Source of the DNA: a virus
Taxonomy: Duplodnaviria > Caudoviricetes
Virus record (IMG/VR): IMGVR_UViG_3300033121_002356
Location: 32,001-96,000 of that record
DNA: 64,000 nucleotides
Direction: 5' to 3' (one strand)
This document shows positions 55,737-64,000 of this stretch, one piece after another (the stretch's first letter is position 1; each line of letters opens with the position of its first letter). The translations under genes were made by a program, and so were the position numbers. Below the pieces are notes generated by a model. It was given only the letters and a program-made list of their open reading frames with translations, was not told where the DNA came from and did not search any database.

Positions 55737-58700
55737 TTACGGAGGTGGAGAAGGCTTATAATTATTCGCGCGGGCTGCGGCAAGCGCAGCTTCTGCCTTT
55801 CTATCTGCGGACGCGGCGGTGGCGTTCGCGGCATTAGCAACCCCCGTAACCGCCCTAACTCTATCCGCGACGGCAGATATTTTATTAGTAGCATCATTAG
55901 CAATTTGAACGGCCGATGCAACCTGTTCTTTTATATTTGGCATCTCAAGTTTTTGTATCACACTCTCAGTGATAGAGGAAATAAGTATTTCGTCAGCACC
56001 AGCTGCGCTTGCAGTATTACTTTTTTTGCTCTCATCACCAGATATTTGTAAGGACCCCGCCTTAATAGCAGGAGTAGTTATTTCAGTTTGAACTATAATT
56101 TTAGAAACAGTTAGCTCTGGTGCTTGCGCCTTCTTTCCATCAGCAGTTGTAGCTCCTTCAGCTTCCTTATCAGTTGAAGTTTTACCATCTAGGCCGGCTG
56201 CCTTAACACCAAGTAAATCAGCCAACGGCTTAGCAGCCTCACTATCTAACCCGTGCTGGGTAAACTTAGCAAAATTTTCCGCTGAAATTTCTTTACCACC
56301 GAGAAATGCTTTCTGTCCTCCGCCAGAGTATTTAAAAGTACCACCAAGTTGTTCAAATGTTTTATCCAAACCAAACGCTTTAACAGTGTCTATATTCTTT
56401 GTATAATCATCCTTTGCTTTACCAGTCGTACCTGCTGCAAAGGCGGCTATAACCCCATTATTTGCCAAATTAGTACCAGTTACTGTGTCACCAAATGCTG
56501 AGGTAGGGGAAATACCAGATGGACCCACACTACGCACCAAAGCCTGCACACTAGGCTGTAATGCGGTACTGTTGGCCACAGAAGTGGCTAAAGCGCCTTT
56601 CATACCAAATGGGTCAATTGGAGTAGGAAGCTTTGTGCCATCTGATTGCAATAGACCAAATGTAGCCTGTCCTACTTTAGCTTTCTGAAAATCATTATTT
56701 CCATATATCTCTCCAAGGTTAAATCTATCTTCTACCATAATGTCGGAAGGAGTTCTGGTTACAAGTTGACCACTTCCCGACAACCCCAAACCAGCAAAAG
56801 GAGAATCTCCGCCTTCAGAGAGTTTACCCAAAGCGGCTAATTGACGATTACGTGTTTCTACGTCTACATTTCCTGTAAAATATGCATTCTCTGTTTCTTT
56901 AGATAGCTTCTTACTGGGTATATTTACCGTATACGCCATTTTATCAATTTCTGGGTCTCTACGAGCAACCGCACCGTATCGCTGCAAGCCATACGATGTA
57001 CCATTAGCTTCATTCATAATACTTAGCGTATTATTAGCGCCCGTCGTGTTACTGAGCCCTATTGCTGGGCGGCGAGCTCTATCATTAGCTAACATTATAT
57101 CTTCAAAATAACTACCAGTCTGTCTATTTCCAGAAAGTAAGCTAGCGTTAGCTGCACCAAATAAGTTAGCTCCTTGTGCGTCCTCCCTCACTGTATTTAT
57201 AATAGAAGGAAAGGACATATCAGGACTTAACTTTTTAAGGGTTTCATCGCTTACATTTTTATTTCTTAACTCAAGAATAAGATTGTCAAAGAAATTATTT
57301 AATTTATTTCCTATCTGGTCTGGATTAAATCCTTCTGAGCTATATAACCCCTTTAGTGCTTCAAGTCCGCCACCGGTACCTTTTCTTGGGCCTCCTACTA
57401 TAGAAGTACCATCCTTTATGGTGGACTTATCTGGTGAAGGAACCAAAGACATTGTAGACGTATCAAGAGATACCGCATCTGCCGCACTTTTTACTGCTTT
57501 ATCAGCTTTTTCTTTTAGTCTTTCTTCTGGTTCAGGCTCTACATATCCTTCTCTTCGCTTTGTGTTAAGCTGTGTTTTAACTGCTTCTATAGTCTTAAGA
57601 AGATTTTTCATTGCTTCTTCATTTTCTACAGTAACTTCACCTGTTCTTACAGACTCCAATATAGGGCGAGCCATAGACGAAGTTGAAGTATCAAATTCGT
57701 GGGGCTGAAGTATGTTTCCCTTATATTCCCTTACTGTAGCACCGGGCGTAAGTCTTTGTAAATCTTTCAAAGTAGTAGCAATAGTATAAAGTTGTGATTT
57801 AAACCCATAAAACTTTCTATCTGATATATCCTGCAAAGTAACACCAGAAGACTCTGCTGCTTTTTCTAATTCTTTAAAAGCTTCTTGAACCTTTTTAAAG
57901 GTATCAAGTCCACTACCAGAAACGGGAGAAGGAATTAAAGGCATTATGTCACTACTATACCCGCTACTATACGGACTTGGCTTCGGTTCTGGAAAGTTTG
58001 GTGTACTAGGAAAATTAGTTAACGAGGCATTAAGTTTATTTTTATCATATTTATCTGTACCATAATTGCGCAATGTTTCACTATGTCCAGCAAAGGATTT
58101 CGCAAATTTTTCTCTAGCTGCAAAATTACTACTCAATGATGTCTCGTTATCTGGGTTATCTACACTTTTTAGAAAATTAGAAGTGTAACTATTAGCATAA
58201 CTACTCATAGCACTGTCTCTGGCCTCTTTGAGCTCAACATCAGTAAAAGGACCAGATGATTCTCTATTTCTCCTAATTCTATCCAATTCTTTTGTAAACC
58301 TATCTCGTATATCTTTAAACCCTCTTTGAACCTGTTTGTCATCAATAGCGGTTTCTTTTTTATTGTCAGAAAAAGCCTCGTTAAACTTCTCCCATTTTAC
58401 AAATATAGGTGATGGAGATATACTGTCTTTATATTTAGGCGGAGGGCCTAATATTTTATCCGACTCCAATAATTTATTAAATAGGTCTCTTGGAATACCT
58501 TTGCCTGACATAACATCAGGAGCCAAAGACACTATATCTTCGGATGCTTTCTTTTTCTTAAGAGCCTCTTCTAATCTTTTTTCTATATCCGGTCCAGTCT
58601 GGCCAGCATCTATAGATTCCTGTATAGTTTTTACTTCCTCATTCAACGCATTTCTTCTTCTATTTGCACCCCTAAAATAATAAGAGAGCGGACTAGTAAA

Positions 58701-61700
58701 ATATTCAACAGAATCTCTTAAAGGGTTATCCTTATCTTTACTAGAAAACCGTTGATTAGTTATTTCACCCGCTGCTCCGAGTGCTAACCCACCGGCACCA
58801 CCCCATGCTGCTCCTGTAGCAGCACCAGCAACTATACCGGGGGGCCCACCAGGTATACCGGCTAGTCCTCCAAGAAATCCTCCAATAAACATACCGGAAG
58901 AAGAAGGACGAAGAACGTTTGACGCAGTATTCGTTATATAACTAAGAGTTGGAACATCATCAGTACGTCTGCGCGGCCCCATGAAAGCATCATATGTTGC
59001 CATGGTTCTAGTACTTCCCGCCTGTCTACTGCCTCTATAGTCAGTATATACATCACTAGCTCCTACAGCAATCCCCATAGGAACTACAGCCTTACTAAGA
59101 GCACCGCCTGGTATATTCTTTGCAAGACCCCCTACTGAATCCGCCCCCGCACTCATATAACGGCCCATTCTTCTAAAAAATCCTAATTTAGGGGCCGCTT
59201 CTTCTAGCGGAGCAGCGGCTTCTCTCGCTATAGCAGCACCCGTTCTTCCTTCCCTTGCCGCTGCGGTATATACATTTTCAGGCCAATTTAAGTTAGGGTC
59301 AGGTTTAGGGAAGAATGCATCACGAACTTCCTCTAAATACCCATTCAACTTCGGTATACTCTCTCTTACTTTAGGGCCAACTGGATTAGTAGGGGTAGTA
59401 ATTCCAGCTTCTGTGGGTACAAATTCCGGAAATTTGCTATAATCCCTGCCTTTTCGACTTACATAATAAGCCCTCTTCATTGCGTAGGCAGCTTCTGGAG
59501 TTATAACGTTTTTAACTTTAGCAGCAGCACGAGCAGCCTCGGCAGCGGCTCGGCGAGCACTGATTGTATTAAAATCTCCCATTAAGGGAACTGTTCTAGC
59601 AAGGTCATTTGTTAATCCTGCTGTTGTTACGTCTACCCCAGAACTAAAACTTGGCATAGTAAAAGCTTTAGAAGCTAAAGGATTGCTGCTGTTTACAGTA
59701 GAAGGAGGAAGCACGGGCCCCTTAATATCATATATACCATCTATAAGAGCCGATTCTGGACTAAGCATATCAGGAATATTAAAAGCGCTAGATGATGGGC
59801 TTGTACTAGAAGGCAAACTACCAGCTATCCCAATGCCAGCTGCCTTAACCCCTTCTGAGGCTATCTGGTAACCGGAGGTATTATAGTATCTTCCACCCGC
59901 CCCAGTATACATAGGCCCACCATTAGAGGCGAATATAGTTCCCACAGCTCCCGGCACGCCCGACGAAGCACCACCAGCAACACCCCCAGTAGTACCTCCT
60001 GAAGGTATTACCCCTCCTGCCATGCTATTATTAGCATTTTTAACTATTTGTTGCAAAATATCAACCATTCTATCTGTATTCGCAATAGCTACACTATCTG
60101 AACGCTGAAACAATGCATCTTCAGCTAAGATAAAGTTACTAAACAAATCCTTAAATGTGCCGCCTAGTTTTCCTGCGATAGCTTCGGCGTTAGTATTAGC
60201 TTTAGTTTTCTCTAACTCTAGTGTTAGACTCCTTATACCCCTGTCTATGGCTGACCCTTCTAGGTCTATCCCCGCAAACTCTGGTACATGGTTTTTCTCT
60301 CCAACTATTCTACCAGACCCCGCAAGCTCCGCATTAATATCATTAAGTAATGCTTTAGACCCAGGTACATTTAGCCTTACACCTTCAATAGCTACTTTTC
60401 TAGCTTCCTCGCCCACCGATTGTTGTCTTGCAAGCTCTTCTTGATTTTCCTTTAATCTTCTAGCCTCATCCGCAGCTTCTTTTGCTAAGGACGCATTTCT
60501 ATCATCTATGATTGAAGGATGCTTCTTTTGTGTTCTTTCTACCTCTTGCTGAGAAGCAGTCAACCCAGCAGAACCAAAATATTTCTGTCCATTAGTACCA
60601 TCTAACAGCTGACGGGGCTGAAGTCCCTGCGCGGTATCATAAGAAGCTTTGCTATATAAATTATCCTTATCAATCTTAAAGGTATCTAATTGTTTTCTTA
60701 ATGATTCCAAAGATGAAATCATCTTTTGTATATCTAAGCCTTTAGATAGTGAATCCGCAAGAATTTTTAACTGGTCAGTCATATCCTCACGAGCAGATTG
60801 TATATCTCTAATAGTATTAGATAGTACATTTCTCTCGGCTTGTGAACGACCTTCTTTTGAGAATTGAACCAATTTATCCTTTAACCCTGTTAGCATGGTT
60901 CCTGATTCTTGAAGGGCCGAATTTAATATGTTAACTGAAAATACATCTTCCTGTCTAGAAGAAAAAAGTCTCTCCTCTGGAGATAAATCTTCCTTTCTTC
61001 TTCTCAAATCTATGCTTGGATTTACATTTTTAAACCCTGCTAATTCACCAACTCCAATTGAAGGGGTTGCCACGACTGTAGATAACTGATTAAATGTAGA
61101 GAGTATAGAATTAAACCCACCCTCTACAGCCCCCAACACAGCATCAATAGTGGCCTTTAAACCATCCAATATAGTTGTTAACCGGTCTCCCGAAGAAGCC
61201 AATTCACTTGCTTGTGCCTTAGTAGATGATATTATATTGTCAAGTATAGCCAAAGTAAGTTTTTCAAATTCCCCTAAATTAGCTCTAAACTTAATAGGGT
61301 CTGTAGTTTTATCACCACCTGGCGTTAATGCAGCTAAATCAGCCAATTTAGACTCTAAAGCATCCTTCATATTACGTCCTTGAGTAATCTCTAAAGGCGC
61401 TTCCTGTATTGTTCTGTCCCCAACCTCTCGTGTACGCTCTATGATTGCATCCCTAATAGCTAACTTAGTTTTTTCAGGGATACCACCAGATGTAAATACA
61501 TTTGAAATTATAGAAGTTAGTGTGCTAAAATCTCCTTCTTTTGCTGCTTTATCAACAGCCTGAAATGTTTGTGGTAACTTGCTTTGTAAAGACTTAACTC
61601 TAGCATCTTTATCTTTTTCAGTAAATCCTTCTACAGTATTCTTAGCTATTATTTCTAATATTTCATTAGTACGAGCGGATTCAGTAAATATATCCTTATT

Positions 61701-64000
61701 AACTTCAATGCTCTTTAACGCAAGTTCTTTATTTTCGTATTGACCTAAATTTCCAGACTTAGCAGCAGCTCCTACCTCTTCTAATGATTTAGTATCAGGA
61801 GATATGCCGGCCTTCGTAAAATCTCTAATTATATTTTGTACAAGTAATTTACTTTTAACAGCATTCTGCCCTGCGGAAGAGAAGTCCGAGACAAGTGCCT
61901 TAGTTTCATTAAAAGTATCAACTAAAGATGTAATACCACCGCCCCCTTGAACTTGTCGCTCAAACGGAGATAGATTAATTCTTCTAGTTCCTAAATCAAT
62001 AGGGGGCCTATTACGACCACCCGTCAAGTAATTTCGCTCATCAAATTCTTTAAACTGTAATAACTCTCTTCTTTCTCTTATTGAATCAGCTACATTATTT
62101 AATACATCCCCGAGACTTTGTATTTCTTGAGAAAACGTTATTATAGCAGAATTATTAGCGAGAGTCTCTTGTAGGTCTGTAACTGCTTTTCTAGAAGCAC
62201 CAGATATCTTAACTAAATTGTCTACCTCTTCAGAGTCAAATTGAGAATTTCTACCTCCTTCTTTTGTTAGACCAAGAGCCTCTTTTCTACTTTTAAGGGT
62301 TTCCTGCTGTTTCCTAACTATATCTAAGAAATTTTCTCTTTTACCCCCGGCATCTTCTCCTCTGATGTTTATTAGATTATTACCAAAAGTTCTATAAAGT
62401 CTTAATTGAGGTTCAAGCTCTTTTTCAAGTCTAGCTCCTGTATTAATATCTCCTGGAAATGAAATACCAAATCCTGCACCAGTTGAAATTCTTCTCGCCT
62501 CTTTAACCGCAGCCTCGAATAATGTCTCTGTGTCTCTTGCCACATTAGAAAACATCATTACAAATTTAGATTGTGCATTATCAGCAACAGAAGACATGGC
62601 CTCATTAAATTGGTCCGTAGTAAAACTCTTTATCTCATTATCATTTCCTAGTGTTTGGAATCTATCCCCAATATATACAGCAAATTTAGCAGCTACTCTA
62701 AGTTTATCAGCTATCTCATCACTAAATGTAATAACGTCTCTATTAGAGGGGGCTGCTCTGCCTTCAGAAATACCTTTAGGAGTTAGTCCCGCTTCCATAT
62801 ATTTCTCGGCTATGCCTCTTCCTGAAGTAGTTCCCCTTGTAGGTATACCAAATTGAGAAAATACCAAAGCAGCTAAATTCTCTTTGGCTCGTGTATCTAC
62901 CGCGTTTATTTTATCGTATGCAGAACCAGTTAAAGCCCCTTCTTTTGCAAGCTCTCTTCTAGAGAACTCTGTCAAAGCATTTTTATTAGCATCTGAGGAA
63001 AGTTTTGTAAGAACATCAGATGGAGCTAAATTCTTGGAAGCAGGAATTAAATTCTCATAAATTCTATTAAGAATAGTATCAACATCTGTTTGAGCTTCAG
63101 CTATTTTTGTCTGAAGTTCTCTCATTTCTGGGTCAACAGACTTATCTCCAGTTTTTCTCTTGTCCGTCAATACTTCCATTCTATTTGTATAATAATTTAA
63201 AGCATTTATAGGCTTAGTATCTATTTGTTTTTCTAGGTATCTCCCGCCCGCCCCGAAATGAGAAAGTAATTCTTTAAATCTTTGTCGCATAATATCCCAA
63301 TTATTTGAAAGATTTCCTAGGTCATTTGCGAAGCCTTCCGCTATTTTAATTTTTGAAAAAGCAATAGCGGTATCCGAGAGAGACTTTACAAGGTCTAACT
63401 GGATGGATAATAAATTATTTGTTTTTAATATTGCATTTCCCTGCTTATCGTAACTATCTACTAAGTCTAGATTTATTCTTGCTACTTCATTTATAATTGA
63501 TTGCTGCTCAATTAAAGCCTTCTTTCGTATAGCCAGTGGGGATTCAAAAGTACCTTCACTGATTTTACTCAAAGCCTCAGCAGTGCCTTCAGGTCCCGCC
63601 TTCTCAAGATTATAAGATTTTAAGAAAGCTTGACCAGTTTTAGCTAATCTAGCAGAGGCAGAAGCAGAACGAGATGAAGTATCCTCTTCCTTAAAGATAG
63701 AAAGATTTAATTTCTTTTCTGTACTTTCCCCTGTTAACCCAATCTTAAGTTTAGAATCTAATAAAGAGTCTATGTCATCTTTTAGATTTGAAAATGTCTT
63801 TTTAGCAGCATCACCAACGTCAGTAAATAGAAGGGCTAATGCAGCTACAGTGCCTCCTAGAAGCTTAGTATTAGAAGTTAACATAGGTATAACTTTTTCT
63901 AACCCAGTAGCAAGGCCTATTTTTAAATTAGAAAATAACTTTAAAGGACTAGCACCGCCTAGTAAATCTCCTGTCATCCCTTTAATTTCTTGTATCTTAC
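55737..64000 (-). CDS. Tape-measure-like giant protein, 5'-truncated (more than 2,750 aa)
   Basis: The frame stays open from 63977 to the window end (KIQEIKG-MTG...). Long helical/coiled-coil A/K/E/S-rich sequence, Gly-zipper hydrophobic segments, Ala-heptad C-terminus, hub-like genes directly downstream. Confidence 0.8.
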   Translation of the reverse strand, partial: KIQEIKGMTGDLLGGASPLKLFSNLKIGLATGLEKVIPMLTSNTKLLGGTVAALALLFTDVGDAAKKTFSNLKDDIDSLLDSKLKIGLTGESTEKKLNLSIFKEEDTSSRSASASARLAKTGQAFLKSYNLEKAGPEGTAEALSKISEGTFESPLAIRKKALIEQQSIINEVARINLDLVDSYDKQGNAILKTNNLLSIQLDLVKSLSDTAIAFSKIKIAEGFANDLGNLSNNWDIMRQRFKELLSHFGAGGRYLEKQIDTKPINALNYYTNRMEVLTDKRKTGDKSVDPEMRELQTKIAEAQTDVDTILNRIYENLIPASKNLAPSDVLTKLSSDANKNALTEFSRRELAKEGALTGSAYDKINAVDTRAKENLAALVFSQFGIPTRGTTSGRGIAEKYMEAGLTPKGISEGRAAPSNRDVITFSDEIADKLRVAAKFAVYIGDRFQTLGNDNEIKSFTTDQFNEAMSSVADNAQSKFVMMFSNVARDTETLFEAAVKEARRISTGAGFGISFPGDINTGARLEKELEPQLRLYRTFGNNLINIRGEDAGGKRENFLDIVRKQQETLKSRKEALGLTKEGGRNSQFDSEEVDNLVKISGASRKAVTDLQETLANNSAIITFSQEIQSLGDVLNNVADSIRERRELLQFKEFDERNYLTGGRNRPPIDLGTRRINLSPFERQVQGGGGITSLVDTFNETKALVSDFSSAGQNAVKSKLLVQNIIRDFTKAGISPDTKSLEEVGAAAKSGNLGQYENKELALKSIEVNKDIFTESARTNEILEIIAKNTVEGFTEKDKDARVKSLQSKLPQTFQAVDKAAKEGDFSTLTSIISNVFTSGGIPEKTKLAIRDAIIERTREVGDRTIQEAPLEITQGRNMKDALESKLADLAALTPGGDKTTDPIKFRANLGEFEKLTLAILDNIISSTKAQASELASSGDRLTTILDGLKATIDAVLGAVEGGFNSILSTFNQLSTVVATPSIGVGELAGFKNVNPSIDLRRRKEDLSPEERLFSSRQEDVFSVNILNSALQESGTMLTGLKDKLVQFSKEGRSQAERNVLSNTIRDIQSAREDMTDQLKILADSLSKGLDIQKMISSLESLRKQLDTFKIDKDNLYSKASYDTAQGLQPRQLLDGTNGQKYFGSAGLTASQQEVERTQKKHPSIIDDRNASLAKEAADEARRLKENQEELARQQSVGEEARKVAIEGVRLNVPGSKALLNDINAELAGSGRIVGEKNHVPEFAGIDLEGSAIDRGIRSLTLELEKTKANTNAEAIAGKLGGTFKDLFSNFILAEDALFQRSDSVAIANTDRMVDILQQIVKNANNSMAGGVIPSGGTTGGVAGGASSGVPGAVGTIFASNGGPMYTGAGGRYYNTSGYQIASEGVKAAGIGIAGSLPSSTSPSSSAFNIPDMLSPESALIDGIYDIKGPVLPPSTVNSSNPLASKAFTMPSFSSGVDVTTAGLTNDLARTVPLMGDFNTISARRAAAEAARAAAKVKNVITPEAAYAMKRAYYVSRKGRDYSKFPEFVPTEAGITTPTNPVGPKVRESIPKLNGYLEEVRDAFFPKPDPNLNWPENVYTAAAREGRTGAAIAREAAAPLEEAAPKLGFFRRMGRYMSAGADSVGGLAKNIPGGALSKAVVPMGIAVGASDVYTDYRGSRQAGSTRTMATYDAFMGPRRRTDDVPTLSYITNTASNVLRPSSSGMFIGGFLGGLAGIPGGPPGIVAGAATGAAWGGAGGLALGAAGEITNQRFSSKDKDNPLRDSVEYFTSPLSYYFRGANRRRNALNEEVKTIQESIDAGQTGPDIEKRLEEALKKKKASEDIVSLAPDVMSGKGIPRDLFNKLLESDKILGPPPKYKDSISPSPIFVKWEKFNEAFSDNKKETAIDDKQVQRGFKDIRDRFTKELDRIRRNRESSGPFTDVELKEARDSAMSSYANSYTSNFLKSVDNPDNETSLSSNFAAREKFAKSFAGHSETLRNYGTDKYDKNKLNASLTNFPSTPNFPEPKPSPYSSGYSSDIMPLIPSPVSGSGLDTFKKVQEAFKELEKAAESSGVTLQDISDRKFYGFKSQLYTIATTLKDLQRLTPGATVREYKGNILQPHEFDTSTSSMARPILESVRTGEVTVENEEAMKNLLKTIEAVKTQLNTKRREGYVEPEPEERLKEKADKAVKSAADAVSLDTSTMSLVPSPDKSTIKDGTSIVGGPRKGTGGGLEALKGLYSSEGFNPDQIGNKLNNFFDNLILELRNKNVSDETLKKLSPDMSFPSIINTVREDAQGANLFGAANASLLSGNRQTGSYFEDIMLANDRARRPAIGLSNTTGANNTLSIMNEANGTSYGLQRYGAVARRDPEIDKMAYTVNIPSKKLSKETENAYFTGNVDVETRNRQLAALGKLSEGGDSPFAGLGLSGSGQLVTRTPSDIMVEDRFNLGEIYGNNDFQKAKVGQATFGLLQSDGTKLPTPIDPFGMKGALATSVANSTALQPSVQALVRSVGPSGISPTSAFGDTVTGTNLANNGVIAAFAAGTTGKAKDDYTKNIDTVKAFGLDKTFEQLGGTFKYSGGGQKAFLGGKEISAENFAKFTQHGLDSEAAKPLADLLGVKAAGLDGKTSTDKEAEGATTADGKKAQAPELTVSKIIVQTEITTPAIKAGSLQISGDESKKSNTASAAGADEILISSITESVIQKLEMPNIKEQVASAVQIANDATNKISAVADRVRAVTGVANAANATAASADRKAEAALAAARANNYKPSPPP

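Larger units (their letters stand above)
1..64000 (-). mobile_element. Segment of a large (probably jumbo) tailed bacteriophage genome: tail/baseplate, appendage, replication and glycosylation modules
   Basis: All genes are co-oriented and nearly gapless. A giant tape-measure-like ORF, hub/spike-like and Ig/propeller structural genes sit next to a compact recA-dnaB-dnaG-ssb-dnaJ-ruvC cluster whose order is unlike a bacterial chromosome. No ribosomal or core metabolic genes. Confidence 0.9.

Noticed and set aside
824-62856. Many 60-140 aa plus-strand ORFs, and short nested minus-strand ORFs (17871..18098, 54467..54703, 55733..55921)
   Set aside because: All lie antisense to, or out of frame within, long motif-bearing genes. 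They have the Ser/Ile/Leu-rich composition typical of shadow ORFs and no recognisable motifs.
1-64000. Stop-codon reassignment as in some large phages
   Set aside because: Code 11 gives nearly complete coding coverage with ORFs up to 2,746 aa. TAA, TAG (for example 6544) and TGA (for example 3272, 6071) all end genes at sensible protein ends.
49124-64000. Extracellular contractile injection system or T6SS locus
   Set aside because: A very long tape-measure-like gene and a linked replication module fit a phage. No eCIS ATPase or T6SS membrane-complex genes were seen.
1-64000. tRNA, rRNA, structured ncRNA or intrinsic terminators
   Set aside because: The largest intergenic gaps are 55 and 44 nt and AT-rich, with no cloverleaf or GC hairpin plus U-tract visible.

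Overview
All 64 kb is one gene-dense, AT-rich segment (roughly 35% GC by eye) with every credible gene on the minus strand and no intergenic gap over 55 nt. It reads as part of a large, probably jumbo, tailed-phage genome using the standard genetic code. In transcription order (right to left) there are four blocks. (1) A 5'-truncated tape-measure-like protein of over 2,750 aa, two baseplate hub/spike-like genes, and small beta-rich or Cys-rich tail genes. (2) About 35 kb of virion appendage genes built from a few reused modules (Big_1, Big_2 and Big_5-like Ig domains, discoidin/F5-8C, Kelch and Reg_prop propellers, LamG, flagellar-hook-like inserts), often nested inside one another and ending in a protein with about 45 copies of a 12-aa repeat. 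(3) A bacterial-type replication/recombination module: beta-clamp, RecA, Vsr/DUF559-like nuclease, UvsY-like protein, DnaB, DnaG, SSB, DnaJ, RuvC, an Fe-S PD-(D/E)XK nuclease and an Sm-like protein. (4) A glycosylation cluster of two GT4, a SAM methyltransferase and two GT2 that runs off the left edge. The best candidate for an undescribed system is phage-encoded virion glycosylation: a protein-glycosyltransferase-type GT2 cluster together with a recurrent x-A-S-G motif in the exterior structural proteins. GATC also appears to be almost completely absent. All calls come from reading motifs by eye; no database searches were run.
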